From the NCBI RefSeq assembly GCF_006345805.1, contig NC_043006.1, positions 62,930,001 to 62,994,000 on the forward strand: a stretch of DNA of 64,000 bases. Direction: 5' to 3'. Positions 37,405 through 51,629 of this stretch are shown here, piece by piece. A model generated the notes under the pieces. That model was not told where the DNA came from and searched no databases. It worked only from the letters and a program-made list of their open reading frames with translations. Made by a program: the position numbers and the translations under genes. Source of the DNA: Octopus sinensis. Taxonomy: Eukaryota. Within the stretch, counting starts at the first letter, position 1. Every line of letters begins with the position of its first letter.

Positions 37405-37530
37405 ACATTTACTCACAGCAATCTAGTATAAATATATGTGCTAGTAATGCATACTACTGTCACTTACTTACCACCGAACAATTACAAGGTCAGCTTCAGA
37501 ATCATCTTTCTAAACCGTCATTTTCGTGTA
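37405..37530 (+). mobile_element. Possible degenerate Penelope GIY-YIG fragment
   Basis: HSNLV*...CASNAYY...EQLQGQLQNHLSK; weak motif similarity only. Confidence 0.3.
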
Positions 37531-38208
37531 TGACATCCCCGGATATCTACCAACCTGTAAGCAACAAATACGAAATTTCTTTTCCATGCATTCTCTTTAA
37601 GGGATATTTATATACACATCTGCATAACTTCATTCGAATCCATTGATGTCATTAATAACAACATGTCCACCTATCTAATTTCATTTTCATTGACTCGACC
37701 GGTGCTTTTCTTATTGTCAACCTTTACTTACCTAGATTACGTCTTTCATCATTTGGTGTCGGAGTTTAGATAATAGATCTGATCTCAGCATTAATTTGTC
37801 TATATTTATACGTCTTTAGTGGTACACTTACCTATTCCATCGTTGAACTTCTCTGCTTTAACATCTGAAATGTAAGATCTTTCCTACCCTGATGACGTTG
37901 GCTCGATTTCCACAATGATGACTGCTTCCAAATACGGCTACATGTTGTAATGGACTACATCTACCAATATTATGACGGATCTCCGAGCCCGCAGAAATAG
38001 CTGTTGGATTTATAACACCTTTCTCCTGTCCATTTAATGTTCTCTGTCGTTTGTTTTCTGTGTGAGTTGGATCTATTGATATAAATATCTATATATTTAT
38101 ACTTAAATATTCATCGTCTGGAAGTTTCTGCTCTTTGCTTTTTCTCGGTTTTCATGTACACACAGACACAGATACACACACACACACACACATATATACA
38201 TATAATAT

Positions 38209-38254
<46 letters not shown>

Positions 38255-38266
38255 ATACATATATAT

Positions 38267-38667
38267 TTGCTTGTTTCAGTCATTTCACTGCGGCCATGCT
38301 AGAGCAATGCCTTTAGTCGAAAATATCTACCAAAGGACTTATTCTTTCTAAGCCTAGTACTTATTCTATCGGTCTGTTTTGTGGAACCGCTAATTTACAG
38401 GGATGTAAACACATCAGCATATGTTGTCAATTGATGTTGGGAGGACAAACACAGATACATAAACATACATTGACACACAAGCATACATATATATGTACAT
38501 ATACACGACGGGCGTCTTTCAGTTTCTGTCTACCAAATCCACTCACAGGGCTTTGGTTGACTCGAGGCTATAGTAGAAACACTTGTTCAATGTGCCACGC
38601 AGTAGGACTGAACTCGGAACCATGTGATTGGTAAGTAAGCTACTTACTACACGACTACTCCTGTGCC
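38267..38667 (-). mobile_element. SINE family 'A', full length, older
   Basis: Reverse complement of 6485-6886. Confidence 0.88.
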
Positions 38668-38862
38668 TATAGTCACTCCTTCCCTGTATTTTGTATTTCA
38701 TACCAACAGTGTTATATTTAGTATATCTAATTTGTTTATCCACATAATTACCTCTATATAATGCATGCATAGACAGATAAGGTAGATAGATAGATGGACA
38801 AACATAGAGACAGATAGACAGACAGGCATACAGTTAGACGGACATATAGACAACCACTTAGC

Positions 38863-38953
<91 letters not shown>

Positions 38954-39548
38954 GTATGAGTAGTGAGGAGCGCGTTGCGATATTTCAAGTAAAAGATATT
39001 TAAAACTTAATACAATATAAAGCCGAAATAAATTAGTGTAGTCGGAAGTTAAGTAGCCTTTGTTCGAAGAAAAATAGAGGAAGGTGTCGAGGTGTAAATA
39101 AGAAAGTGGAAATAGCATACGCCAACTAGTATTCCTAACCAATCGTTCTTTTATCCCTTGTTAATTGATAGATCCAATTTATTACTGAGACTGGTTCTTT
39201 GATCCTCAAATTCTGCATGCTCTGGCATATTATTATAACGATATCAGTTATGTCTTAAGTACAGACAAATAGCCTTCTGTGTACGTGCTTCTTCATGCAG
39301 TTGCATAAACTTCCGATCTCCTGAACAACTTCTTTAAACTGTAACGTACCTCAACTGATAGTATTTTGAAGCTATGGAAAATATAAATATTCAAGTACCA
39401 GTCAAAGTTGAGATTAATACAGCATAACTCTAGACAGATCTCAACTCCGCTACATTTGAAGACTTGAATATTATGAAAGTTGGAAGCCCGTTAAGTAGAA
39501 TTAAATAAATATTTTTAAGGATTCCAATTGCATTCTCACTTTATCATC

Positions 39549-39581
<33 letters not shown>

Positions 39582-40090
39582 CATACACGCACACACATAC
39601 ACAGACGCATAGACGCACATACATACATACACGCACAAATGCGCACAAACACGCACTTGAAAGCAATCACGCACACACACAGTAACGTACATTTACTCCG
39701 CAGACACAACCCCCCACACACACAGATATGCGCGCACGCACATGCCCACACATACACACACATACCTCCTTCTCTTGCACTCACCCATTCCCTTCCGGTC
39801 ATTTCAATATTTGACCGCGTTTGCATCGTAGGCGATTTTCTTTCTCCGTCTTCCGTCCTTTCGACCTCTTCTGTATTTCACATGAAAAGCTCCACTCGAA
39901 ACGTGAAATCCTCTTTCTTTTTTTTCCTTTCCTGAGCGTCTAATAACACAGTATTTGTAGGGAAAGGTTAATAAAAAGCCGAAAGCAGTGGAAAGAAGTG
40001 TCGAAAGGTTTTGTTTTAGACTGTGGTGGAGGAGGAAATATATATATATATATATATATACATATATATATTTATATATATATATATATA

Positions 40091-40345
40091 TCACGTGATC
40101 ACGTGACCGACCAGACCATCAGATGTTTTACACCCCGCTGGTTAAGCGAGCAGGCCAACAGAAGAAAGAGAGAGAGAAAGAGTGGTGAAAGAGTACAGCA
40201 GGGATCACCACCCCCTGCCGGTGCCTCGTGGAGCTTTGTGGGTGTTTTCGCTCAATAAACACTCACAACGCCCGGTCTGGGAATCGAAACCGCGATCCGA
40301 CGACCGCGAGTCCGCTGCCCTAATCACTAGGCCATTGCGCCTCCA
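40091..40345 (-). mobile_element. SINE family 'B' with internal deletion
   Basis: Matches 29443-29747, lacking ~50 nt. Confidence 0.88.
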
Positions 40346-40365
40346 TATATATATATGCCGGCGAA

Positions 40366-40421
40366 AACCTTGTGAGTGGATTTGGTAGATGGAAACTGAA
40401 AGAAGCCTTTCGTATATATAT

Positions 40422-40453
<32 letters not shown>

Positions 40454-40664
40454 ATGTATGTAATTTTGTGTATGTGTTTGTCAACCCACTACCGTCACTT
40501 GACAACTGTTGCCGGTGTGTTTATGTTTCCATAACTTAGCGGTTCGGCAATAGAAACCGATAAGATAAGTACTAGGTTCACAAAGAATAAGTCCTGGGTT
40601 AGAGTTGTTAGAGTAAAGGCGGTACTCCAGCATGGTCGCACTCAAATAACTGAAACAAGTAAAA
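40366..40664 (+). mobile_element. 5'-truncated SINE family 'A'
   Basis: Begins at ccttgtgagtggatttggtag. Confidence 0.8.
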
Positions 40665-42025
40665 TATTAAAAGGAAAAATAAAAGTATATATAGTTGTGA
40701 CAGTTGTTTTGAATTTTCAGCCTTCTAGACTTTATCGAACTGTGCCACATCTTATTATATCGGGTCGTAATGCGGCCTCTTGTAAGTGTGTTTTCTTTGG
40801 ATAGATGGAGCTTACTGAATGATAATATTTTGAAGTTTGACTTCTGGTGGAATGATATTATATAAGATTTTATTTTTGGTATTTCTAGTTGTGTCCTTGT
40901 ACTGAGTTTAATTTGGCGTGTAAAACTTTGTAATCAGGTGTATCTATTTTGTCGGCTTCGGGTCATGTGGTTGTTTGGGAGTGAAAAGAAGGGTGTAAGG
41001 AGGTGAAAATTTTGGTTGATCAACAGATCTCTAACTTGCATTTAATTGTTGCTCCTGTTATATATACACTATTTAAAATATTTAACCTTCTGGTTTTTGA
41101 ATGATAGAGGTTATTGTTCAGAATTCTGTCTAGCATATAAATCTTAGTTACCATGTTTGTCTATTTCGGTTTCTCAATTGCTTAACATCGCGTTGGTAGT
41201 CTACGAATTTGATATTCAGTGCTATATTTATAACAAATGCAAAGAGAGCCAGAGAAAGTATCACTATTATTTGAAAGATAAAACGTAACATTCTGATCAA
41301 TCGCATTAGCAATATACTTATTTTTTATTAGATACATCTCGCACCTTCTCTTATTTCATTCTACAATCGCAATAATCCCTTGTAAAAACCCGTTACTACC
41401 AGTACAATACATTAGGGTTCTATCGACAAAGCAGGATACATTTTTTAAAATGTGTTTGAAGTTTAAAAGGCAGCATGTAAGTAGATAAAGTAGGATAAAA
41501 TTTTCAAATTAAGTAGGACACAAATAAAAGAAACACAATTTAGAATGAAAGGTTGATATCCATGCCAAAGAATTTCAGAGACAAGCAGCGGTTGTTGCAA
41601 TGCAATCATTTCTATTTCTTCGCCTAATCCCCTAGAAATTCAGCTTAATCTCCAAAGTCATTGCATCAAGTATATTAAATTTGAAAAAGATATCGATTTA
41701 TAATTTTGTGTGTGAAAGTTTGTGTGCATGTACGTATGTATATGGATATATCTGCATAAATGAGAGTGTATGTAGGTGTGTGCGAGTGTTTTTCTGCATT
41801 CCGGTGAATAAAATATATTCATATGTTTATACATGCATACTAATGTAATGCCTATACGATGAATGTATATCCGTGTGTATGTCTTTCTGTGTGTGTTTGT
41901 GTGTGTTAGTGCTTGTTTGTGCGTTTGTGTGTATGTGTTTGTAAGTATATATATACATATATATATGTATATATATAAATATATATTTATTTACACACAT
42001 ACACACACACATATATATATATATA

Positions 42026-43520
42026 TACACACATTTTACCTATTCTGGTTATAATATATTTTAAGTAATTTTAAATCTTATCTTTATACAACATAACAAT
42101 ATTGCTTGTATACAATTATCCATAGTACCCCAAGATAATTTCCTCTGTATTAACATTATAGGTTTTATTAGAGTCTTGTCCGTTGAACTGGTAATTAACA
42201 TCTTAATTTGGGGGTCTTCCCCTACCAAGCCTCCTTTATAGACAGTTAACATAAATCCTGGCAATATTTATGTCCATACTCAACTATAAACTGTCAACTC
42301 ACTCCTTCCCTCCATTCTAAACAGACACTATCCTCTAGCCTTAGATTTGGTAGTTGATAAAAAAAAAGACTAATAAATTAAAAATGAACCGCAATCTTTT
42401 ACAAGCTATGACCCTAACAAACGTTATACAGTTCTTAGATGTGTAGCATGTTCTTAGCTACATTAATAGCAACAATTAATCTTTCCCTCTTCTTGGTCCA
42501 TTAATAAGTCCAACTGATAAAAAATCTATTTATTTATGAAGCTGAGAGGATAGCCCTGCATTTAAATTTATGTAATGATTGCATTGTTCAATTAAATGGA
42601 GCCGCTTGAAACGATCGTACTGCATCACCCCTTGATTTCCTGTTGCTTATTTTGACTTTATTGACCTTACTTTGAGTTGTACGGATAATACCGCACTAAC
42701 TTGGTGCTTCATCCTAAGGACCTAATTCAACTGAATCTCAATTATATATATATGTATATATATATGTATATATATATATATATATATAGATATATATATA
42801 TATACACACATTTTACCTATTCTGGTTATAATATATTTTAAGTAATTTTAAATCTTATCTTTATACAACATAACAATATTGCTTGTATACAATTATCCAT
42901 AGTACCCCAAGATAATTTCCTCTGTATTAACATTATAGGTTTTATTAGAGTCTTGTCCGTTGAACTGGTAATTAACATCTTAATTTGGGGGTCTTCCCCT
43001 ACCAAGCCTCCTTTATAGACAGTTAACATAAATCCTGGCAATATTTATGTCCATACTCAACTATAAACTGTCAACTCACTCCTTCCCTCCATTCTAAACA
43101 GACACTATCCTCTAGCCTTAGATTTGGTAGTTGATAAAAAAAAAGACTAATAAATTAAAAATGAACCGCAATCTTTTACAAGCTATGACCCTAACAAACG
43201 TTATACAGTTCTTAGATGTGTAGCATGTTCTTAGCTACATTAATAGCAACAATTAATCTTTCCCTCTTCTTGGTCCATTAATAAGTCCAACTGATAAAAA
43301 ATCTATTTATTTATGAAGCTGAGAGGATAGCCCTGCATTTAAATTTATGTAATGATTGCATTGTTCAATTAAATGGAGCCGCTTGAAACGATCGTACTGC
43401 ATCACCCCTTGATTTCCTGTTGCTTATTTTGACTTTATTGACCTTACTTTGAGTTGTACGGATAATACCGCACTAACTTGGTGCTTCATCCTAAGGACCT
43501 AATTCAACTGAATCTCAATT
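42026..43520. repeat. Apparently exact tandem duplication, period 777 bp, bounded by (TA)n
   Basis: 42026-42743 matches 42803-43520. The ORF track shows identical 67-aa ORFs 777 bp apart. Confidence 0.95.
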
Positions 43521-43554
43521 ATATATATATGTATATATATGTATGTATATATAT

Positions 43555-43643
<89 letters not shown>

Positions 43644-44754
43644 CTGTTCTTTAACTTCCATAGTTTTGGGATCTCGATATTTTCAGTTAGAAAAAATGTC
43701 TCTCTACACTATAATTCGACACCAAGTGGTTAACAAGTAGAGCTGGGCTCCGAACACTCGCTTCACCTCATTCGCTGCAACACCAGCTAATCATCACAAA
43801 TGTTTCTAATTAAATATTGTGTTTGTGGATCTTATGTAGTATGTTTAACAACTATATTACCTGTATCATAAGATAATAAGTATAATTCGACACAAACCAT
43901 ACGCTGTTTCTTTTTCTAACTGTTTGATACATTGTTTGTGACCAGGCAATTACAATATGCATGTTATTCGCCTATTCCATAACAGTGCAATTACGAATTA
44001 CAAGCAATATACGTATTTATCGCTAATGGGTGTTACTGAATGTTGTATTTACCATAATATTAATTTAATATACAATATTTGTATGTTTCGTATATCAATG
44101 ATATACCGAAATCTATCCTACAGATAAAGTTAAATTATACTGTACAATACGGGACTAATGAGACTTTAATCATAAATAATAGAGATTTATCGAATATGGA
44201 CACATCGATATTACTATTGCATACTTTGTTACAACTCTTAAAATAAACGTTACTTTTAAGTTCATTTCATTGATAATAAAAATTCAAATAGTGTAATTTT
44301 AAAACCATAACACATAAATATATTATAAGGTTTAACTCCTGGGTGAATCATGGTTAAAAGTTATATTTTATTGCTAATAAAGACGTGTGATAATTTGCCA
44401 TGCAATGGAAAGAAATCGGCTTACAGATCTGAATAACTCGAAGTTCCCGATTCTTTGTTATCTTGGAAATTCTCTTGCCTTCAGAATATATAGAGTGGTG
44501 ATGTACATGTTGCCTATATTGTGAATGATTTTTCTTATTCAACTATCAATTTGTTCCACTCCAAATGAATATTATCTTGAAAGGTTTTAATTCGCTTTGG
44601 TAATTCATATACGCCACAAACCAAACAGCTTATCTTTGTAAACCAACTAGGTGCCTATTCTACATATTTTCATTCTATAAATCTACTCATGCTTCATCAT
44701 CAACCCTACACCGACCAGAAGCGTGAATATAACCCCTTGAAGAAGATTCATATT

Positions 44755-44912
44755 TGATATATCGACTTCATTTCTTGACAACGCTTTTGATTTATCAACC
44801 CCGAATGAATGAAAGACAATGTTGACTTCGCCGTAAATTGAACTCAGAAAGTAAAGAGACAGAAAATACTGCAAGGCTTTTTCCGACATCCTATGGATTC
44901 TGCCAATCCATT
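44755..44912 (-). mobile_element. Degenerate SINE family 'C'
   Basis: gatttatcaaccccgaa...gttgacttcgccg.aattgaactcagaa...ttctgccaatcc. Confidence 0.6.
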
Positions 44913-44919
44913 GCCCTAG

Positions 44920-45080
44920 AAAGTTTGTCTCTTAGGGACAGCAAGGATTATCAAGAGGGTACTAAGCACTTGAAAGCTTGTGGATACCTAAGCTGAAAAC
45001 TTGTGGATACCTAAGGTTACAGGGGGTAACCTGCTACCCACATAAATCAGGAATAAAGTCCGAACCTAGGCCAAACCAAA
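44920..45080 (+). mobile_element. R4/Dong 3' end (third subfamily) ending in (TAA)n
   Basis: KVCLLGTARIIKRVLST*, then a short UTR and aataataatag. Confidence 0.7.
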
Positions 45081-45309
45081 ATAATAATAGTAATTATTAT
45101 TATTATACATGTTTTGTCTAGGTGTAAAAGCTGGGCTACAGCAAATATTCTGCTTAATATTACAGATTTGCTAGTCAGATGTTTGACCGTAACCAACTGA
45201 GGCGTTTCGTTCATCATTTTTAAACAACCATTATTTTTTACTTTTTTGAGCGGATAAGGTATAGTATCTGCAGAAAATTCTTACAGGACACCACCTGTAA
45301 GGTCGTGCG

Positions 45310-46090
45310 CTATTTGTCTTGATGTGATGTTTTATATATTTTATGATTATTGGTGCTACATTGTTCATGGCTAGTGCGGGGAATACTATCAAAAGCCTTT
45401 CGATAATCGATCCAAGCCATATTTACACACTTCTTTCTGCGACTCTCTTCAATTATGGCTTTATTGATCAGTAGCTGATATTTACAACTGTATGAGTCCT
45501 TGTAGCATACCTTCAGCTTTTCTGGAAAAAGGTTTTCTTCTAGATATTTGCTCATTATCTGCGATATTATTGCAGTAAAGGCTTTGTAAATTGTAGGTTG
45601 ACGGTTATCGGTCTGTAATTTTGTTGGTTTGCCGTGTCAGTGGATTTAGGAATTAGGATAATTTTCCTTTCCGTGAGCCATTCAGACATTGTCTCTGGTT
45701 CTATTAGTATTTAATTAAATTTCTCAGCCAGCGTTTCATGTATTCCTGTGTGATATTTTAACCAGAAGTTGAGGATCTTGTGGTGCCCTGGTGCCTTCCA
45801 GTTGCCTAGTTTTTGCAGTGCATGGTTGACCTCTTCAGTTGTTATAGAAGTCCAGAGTTGTTCAGGTGCCGTGTTGGTTATTTTGATAGATCTTTTCTGA
45901 GGTTGTTCCTTTGCCGACCATATTTCTTTCCAAAATTCTTTCACTTCTTCAACTGTTGGTGCTGCATTGGTATCTACCTTATTTTTGCCAAGTTCTTTGT
46001 AGAATCTTTGGGGTTGGATTTCAACTGCTTATGTCTATTATAAATGAGTTTCAGACATACATTAGGAGTTTCGTTACGTACATCTTGGGT
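45310..46090 (-). mobile_element. R4/Dong reverse-transcriptase N-terminal fragment
   Basis: KEFWKEIW...ITTEEVNHALQKLGNWKAPG..KILNFWLKY...NYRPI...YQLLINKAIIE...NMAWIDYRKAFDSIP. Confidence 0.88.
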
Positions 46091-46199
46091 GAAATTCATT
46101 GAAGTATTTATGGCTTACAAGGATGTTTAAAACAAAAGCAAATAGTCGAAGTTTTAAAAAATTTAAGGCTACCAGAAAATATCAATGGTAATCGGTTAT

Positions 46200-48115
46200 A
46201 TTGGTAAAGCGCTATGTCAACAGTGATTTCGAAGTATTATCTACTTCAATTTGTAAGTAATCATGAACCAAATCGATTTTTGCGATGTAACGACCAAAAT
46301 TAATCTTGTTGAAAATGTTTTCAGGATTAGGTAGCGCGTAGGGGTGATCTAAAAGCTTCATGAAATCTAGTCGAAAAATCTTCGCAAAGGCTAATGAAAC
46401 CATTTGCTTTTTCCTAACTACCGTAATTGGTGCTAGCCAAGTTGAAGAGTTAACAGGTTTTTATGTTTAATTGTACAAGTTGGTTTTACTCTTTGTCAAC
46501 CTTGGATTGAACTGCATATGGAACTGGTTTGCGAGACCTACATACACGCTTTAAATCAGACTTGTTTTGTATAACTTGCTTTGTATAACTTGCAACGCCC
46601 CAACGACTCTTTGAAAACGGGAGGATATTTTTCCTTCTCTAAAAGGGTAAAAGCGTCAGATGATATATCTTGAAAGGAACGATTGATAGGACCACTCGAA
46701 GTGTATGAATGTAAGCTAATTGAGTCCACTGGTTTACTGCATGAGTCCACTTCAGTAATCCAATCTAAACCATATCGATTTGCCAAATAATAAGTTCCAT
46801 TAAAAGGATTTGAATCAAACTGTAACTTATTCTTAATCCAACCAATGTGGTTTAAATTATCACCTAATGCATTCTTCGCAGTGTGATCCGTCTCAGCTAT
46901 GTGTGGGCAACCAAGCTGCTTCCAAATTTTGCGAGAAATCAACGTGATATCAGATGCTGTGTCTAACAGTAATTTAACTGGAATACCATCTATTGAAACA
47001 ATTAAATACTTGCGCATTAAATTTGAGAGTCCACTTTAAAACTGACATAAATAGTAGTCTGTTGCTTGTAAGGGCAACACTTTCTATTTCTTGCATCGCA
47101 AAATCAGCATAGCTGGAGCGGACCGGAATTTCTCTTTCTGGCAATAGGTAATGGCTTAAGATTAGTTTTCACTTGATTTACTGACTCTAAACTTGTTAAC
47201 TTGTTGTTAAACATTTCATATTATTTCAAATATTTTCATATTGTATTTCAAGTTTATTAATTTTAGCACTCTTCACCGTAGTCTTAATTGTTATAACAGT
47301 TTTGTACGAAGGTCTGCATCCGACGGTGATTGTAGAACAACAACGGAGAGTAATAATTTGAATTGATTATGAGTTACAGAATTCAAATTGAAATGTTCGC
47401 ATTGGACTTGACAGTTTGAAAACAATTGTATCTAAAGTTAAGCAAAAATGGGTTCGCACAGATAATCTGAAGTATTTCAACTGTCTTATTGAAATCGATG
47501 TCTCGAGGATTTTTGGTAGTTTATAGTTGATCTATTTAGCGTTCCGAACTTGGTTAATAACAAATCTAACTTTGGTCTCATTGTCAAGATTCGAACAGTG
47601 AACGGAAAACATATCTTCAAAACGTATAAACCATGAATCAAAAGTAATATCGGAAAATTGGGTAATTGGAATTTGAAGCTGCTATAGATGTGTTAATATT
47701 TTAGTTGATAGATAAGTTTTGGGTAAGTAATTCAATAAGGCTAAACTCTGCCGCCTCAAATGTTTCAGTTGGCCTTCGAGAACCGTTTCTATTTGCTCAT
47801 AAAACATAACAATTTTAATCCGTTCACGTCGCCGTTGTTGTAAATATAATTGTATTTGCAATTTGAGCTTTGAGTGCTAAACTAATACAATATAACCCAC
47901 TAGATTCCAACGTAGAAGAACTCGTAACTCCTTTACTTGGATAAGAGTTATATTATAACAATTGACAAAAGCAAAACTGTCTGTCAGGCAAACAACCCGA
48001 ACGCGAACGCACAGAGAAGGGCTGACTTCCAGGGACGCAACAGCTTGAACGTCACGTTCACGAGCAGGAAAACTATTGGTTGTCTTATTACAAACAAATG
48101 TTATACACTAAGACA
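46200..48115 (-). mobile_element. Degenerate Ty3/Gypsy element: putative 5' LTR, PBS, gag, protease, RT start
   Basis: gag TFDSWFIRFEDMFSVHC (~47600); protease LLDTASDITLIS (~46950); RT HPYALPNPENIF...KIDL..YLQIEV (~46250). PBS-like acggcgacgtg at 47835-47825 after a TG...CA segment at 48115-47836 (LTR boundary tentative). Confidence 0.8.
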
Positions 48116-48860
48116 AGGAAAATATGCTTAAGGGGCGAGTTATAGTTGGATGTATCTACCACAGCACACAACTGGTATTTTATCGATTTCTCAAGTGAAT
48201 GGCCGAGAAATTTGACTCGCGCAATAATTAAACACAAAGTGTAGAGGAAATACTGTACATTTTCTGTCATTCTAACACAGCTTTACTAGTTATAAAATAC
48301 TATATTGATTTTGTAATTTTAGTAGCATTTAATTTGCTTTAAGTAGATTTTATTTGCAATCTACGTGCACGATTCACACTGAAATAGATTCAGGAAAAAT
48401 CTAAAATTGTGTATCCGTAACGAATTAATTATCCCCGCTGTATGTTTGCTTTTTAAAACGAAATTCGACATTCAGTCAACGTAGGCGTTCTTTAACAATC
48501 CAGTTTCATTACCTTGCATGAGACAAAAATACATGTGCTTTTCTTCCATTTTGTTTATTCTCAATTTATGAAGACATTTCACATTTTTACTCGAATAATC
48601 TATTAAATTATGACGCTATATGAACAAGTAGTTACATATTTTAGTGAATATGAATATTTTTTCTCGATAACTACGATAGAAAAGATAGCCGGTATTTGTT
48701 TCTGATTCGCTGACAGCATTTTTCTATCAACATTGAAAGAAAGTATCCTAGTCGTGTTATCTTAATAACCATTTAATTTTATTTGTAGCAAAAGCGGTTT
48801 TGTCATAGTAAATCCAGTTTACTCTTTCCATCAATTCTTAATCAATATATTGCCGTTCAT

Positions 48861-49075
48861 AAGATGGTGAGTTGGCAGAAACGTTAGCACGCAGGACGAA
48901 ATGCTTAGCGGCATTTCATCTGTCTTTACTTTTTAAGTTCAAATTCCGCCGAGGTCGACTTTGCCTTTCATCCTTTCGGGGTGGATAAATTAAGTACCAG
49001 TTGCCTACTGGGGTCGATCTAATAGACTGGCCCCTCCCCCAAAATTTCGGGTCTTATGTCTAGAGTAGAAAAGAA
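48861..49075 (+). mobile_element. SINE family 'C'
   Basis: Matches 2923-3128. Confidence 0.88.
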
Positions 49076-49212
49076 TATATTTCCGTCCATATTTTATTTG
49101 CAATAAGAATTAAGTGTATTTCAGAAATGTAAATTGAAGTATTCGTTGAAATATTGAACCCGTGATAAACTCGTCGTGTGTTTAATTTATCTTTAGTGGT
49201 CATAGGACCAGG

Positions 49213-50250
49213 TACTCTTACGGTGAAGTGTCGGATCCCTTTGAAATACGATCTGGCGTTCGGCAAGGACGTGTTCTTTCGCCGACTCTTTTCAATTACG
49301 CCATCGACTAGATCACCACAAATGCATTAAGGGAGTTCACCGGTGTCACTGCTGGTCACAATTTTTCTGTCAAGGATCTACACTACGCAGATGGCATTGC
49401 GATATTTGGCGAAACATTTGCTGATGTCCAGTTTGCTACCAATGAGCTCCAGTGTGTTGCATCACAGGTTGGTATGAAAGTCATTGCCTCGAAGACCAAA
49501 ATCCTCACAGCCGGTTTCGCCGCACCAGATAAAACACCCATTGTCCGCAATGGTGATATTCTTGAAGAGGTTGAGAGTTCGAAATATCTTGGCGCCATCA
49601 TTACAGCCACAGGTCAAGATGAGGCTGACATTAAAACACGAAACGACCTCACTCGCCAAACTTTCAACCGACTCAATGCATGACTCTGGTCAAGATCTGA
49701 GATCCGACGCACTACCAAAGTACGGATCTACTAAGTACAAGTGTGGACGATTCTCTTTTACGGCAGCGAGTCATGGCCGATGAGGGTGGAAGATATTAAG
49801 CGACTAGAATCCTTCGATCACCTCTGCATACGCCGCATCCTTCGTGTCCGATGGCATCACTTTGTCTCTAACAATTCAGTCCGACACCAGTGCAAAATTA
49901 CCTCCCTCCGACAAGTCATCCTAACGAGACGTCTGCGTTGGCTGGGTCATGCCCTCCGTCGTCAACCAGGAGAATACATCTACGAAGCAATTGCCCCAGC
50001 TCCCCTTCAGGGTTGGCGAAAGCGATGTGGTGAACAACGAAAAACCTGGCTGATGACAGTCAAGACTGATCTGGAACCCAAACTAGGATCCCATATCTAC
50101 GGCGTTCGCCGCTGGAATAGGGAGTGGTTGGAGATCACGGGGTCGTTAGCCACAAATCGCCAGGTCTGGTCGGCGTGTGTGAGAGATGCAGCATTGAGGA
50201 TGAATGAAGCCAGCTCAACCCACCCCGGGTGAATGCTGTCTCGAGACAAG
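49213..50250 (+). mobile_element. 5'-truncated RTE-clade LINE (RT C-terminal half to ORF end)
   Basis: GVRQGRVLSPTLF...LHYADGIAI...KTKI...KYLG...YGSESW...RRLRWLGHALRR...RKTW. Several stops and frameshifts; ORF ends at 50232. Confidence 0.92.
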
Positions 50251-51041
50251 AAATATACTCATACAAGGAAAACGCAGAGTCTGAGAAACCACGCAACTTC
50301 TACGTGCTTGCTTAACCAGCTAGAAGCAGTAATAAAACCTTCCTTAAATCACGTATGATCGCATTTAAAAAGCAAAGTTGATATATTCCTAGACACACTA
50401 CCATGAAATTAAAGATGCGACAATCCTCATACGAACATATCTTATATGTCAGTTTGATAGGGATGGCTCTAGAATAATGCAACAACAATATAAGATACAG
50501 CTAAAGAATGACTGACCGAAGGTGGGTTAGAGTCTGCCTTTCAGTAGGCTAAAGCTATGAAACATAGGGACTGCTAGATAAAGATGTGTCAGTGATGAAT
50601 AGAATCGTGGTAGAGGTGATTTTGTTTTACATTCTGGACAAAAAGAAATGTCTTGCCAGTGAAGGATATTTTTATTGTTACCTCTCATACACGCGAGATG
50701 ACAGCAAAATCAATGTGTGAAAATAAGTGGTATAACTTCCCCAACGTTATGTCAAAAAGATTTGACACTACAGAAATTTCGTTGCCTAACAACACTTACA
50801 TTGTGATTCTTGAGTATATTGTTCATAAGCAGTACATGGTGATCGCCATTAAACAATATCCATATACATAAAGAAAGATCGAACCATCTTAATAAACAAC
50901 CATTCGTAACTCACAGTCATATATACACGCCCCACCACACAAACACATATAGAGATATATATATTATGTATGCACAAGTACATACACATACACATATATA
51001 CATATATACATATGTGTATGTGTATATATTTATATATATAT

Positions 51042-51557
51042 ATAATAAATCTCGGAGCGAGGTATAAACAGTGAAGTTTATTTGTCACTGAATTGTGGCT
51101 AACCCTTAAGGGTTGATGCTACTTTAGCTTGTAGCCCCAGGGAGATTTCTCCTCCAGCTGGCTATTAACAACCTTTCTGTGCCCTATCAGTATTTGAAAG
51201 GGAAGTCATCTTTCCCATCTGCAGCCTGACGTGATACACACGGACCCGAATTTCTGGGTAGTGATGCGTTATCAGCGTATGACAAACACCGATTGGCGAT
51301 GGGAAGTGATTATCAATGCAAATATATATATATAATTTTTCCAGTGACAAAAAGTCACTGATATCGAAAAAGTGGAAACAAGCAATAATAAATCTCTGAG
51401 CGAGGTATAGACAGTAGCTGTACGATATCGTGCAGTATATTTGCCACCCAAATGCAGCTAACCCTTAGGGGTTGATGCTACTGTAGCTTGTAGCCTCAGG
51501 AAAATATCTCCTCCAGCTGGAATCGTATAAGTGCACTATCAGTATTTACAAAGGGAA

Positions 51558-51560
<3 letters not shown>
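51042..51560 (-). mobile_element. Retrozyme-like repeat, copy 3: 1.5 head-to-tail monomers (period ~343 bp) in (TA)n
   Basis: ataataaatctc.gagcgaggtata.acagt at both 51042 and 51385. Homologous to copies 1 and 2. Confidence 0.8.
51238..51280 (-). ncRNA. Type I hammerhead motif (G8A, stem II decayed)
   Basis: ATACG CTGATAA N14 GAAA TTCGGG TC CGTGT. Confidence 0.6.

Positions 51561-51629
<69 letters not shown>

Noticed and set aside
37885-37945. CTGATGA at ~37889 (and CTGACGA at ~31806) as further hammerheads.
   Set aside because: No correctly placed GAAA or stems; at best decayed remnants.
39998-40045. Peptide SKGFVLDCGGGGNI resembles the expected exon-2 motif WSKPYYDCGGGNIWM of the GPCR.
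   Set aside because: The polypyrimidine-backed acceptors (39951, 39960) give immediate stops in the required phase, the flanking residues do not match, and the frame runs into (TA)n. Most likely coincidence.
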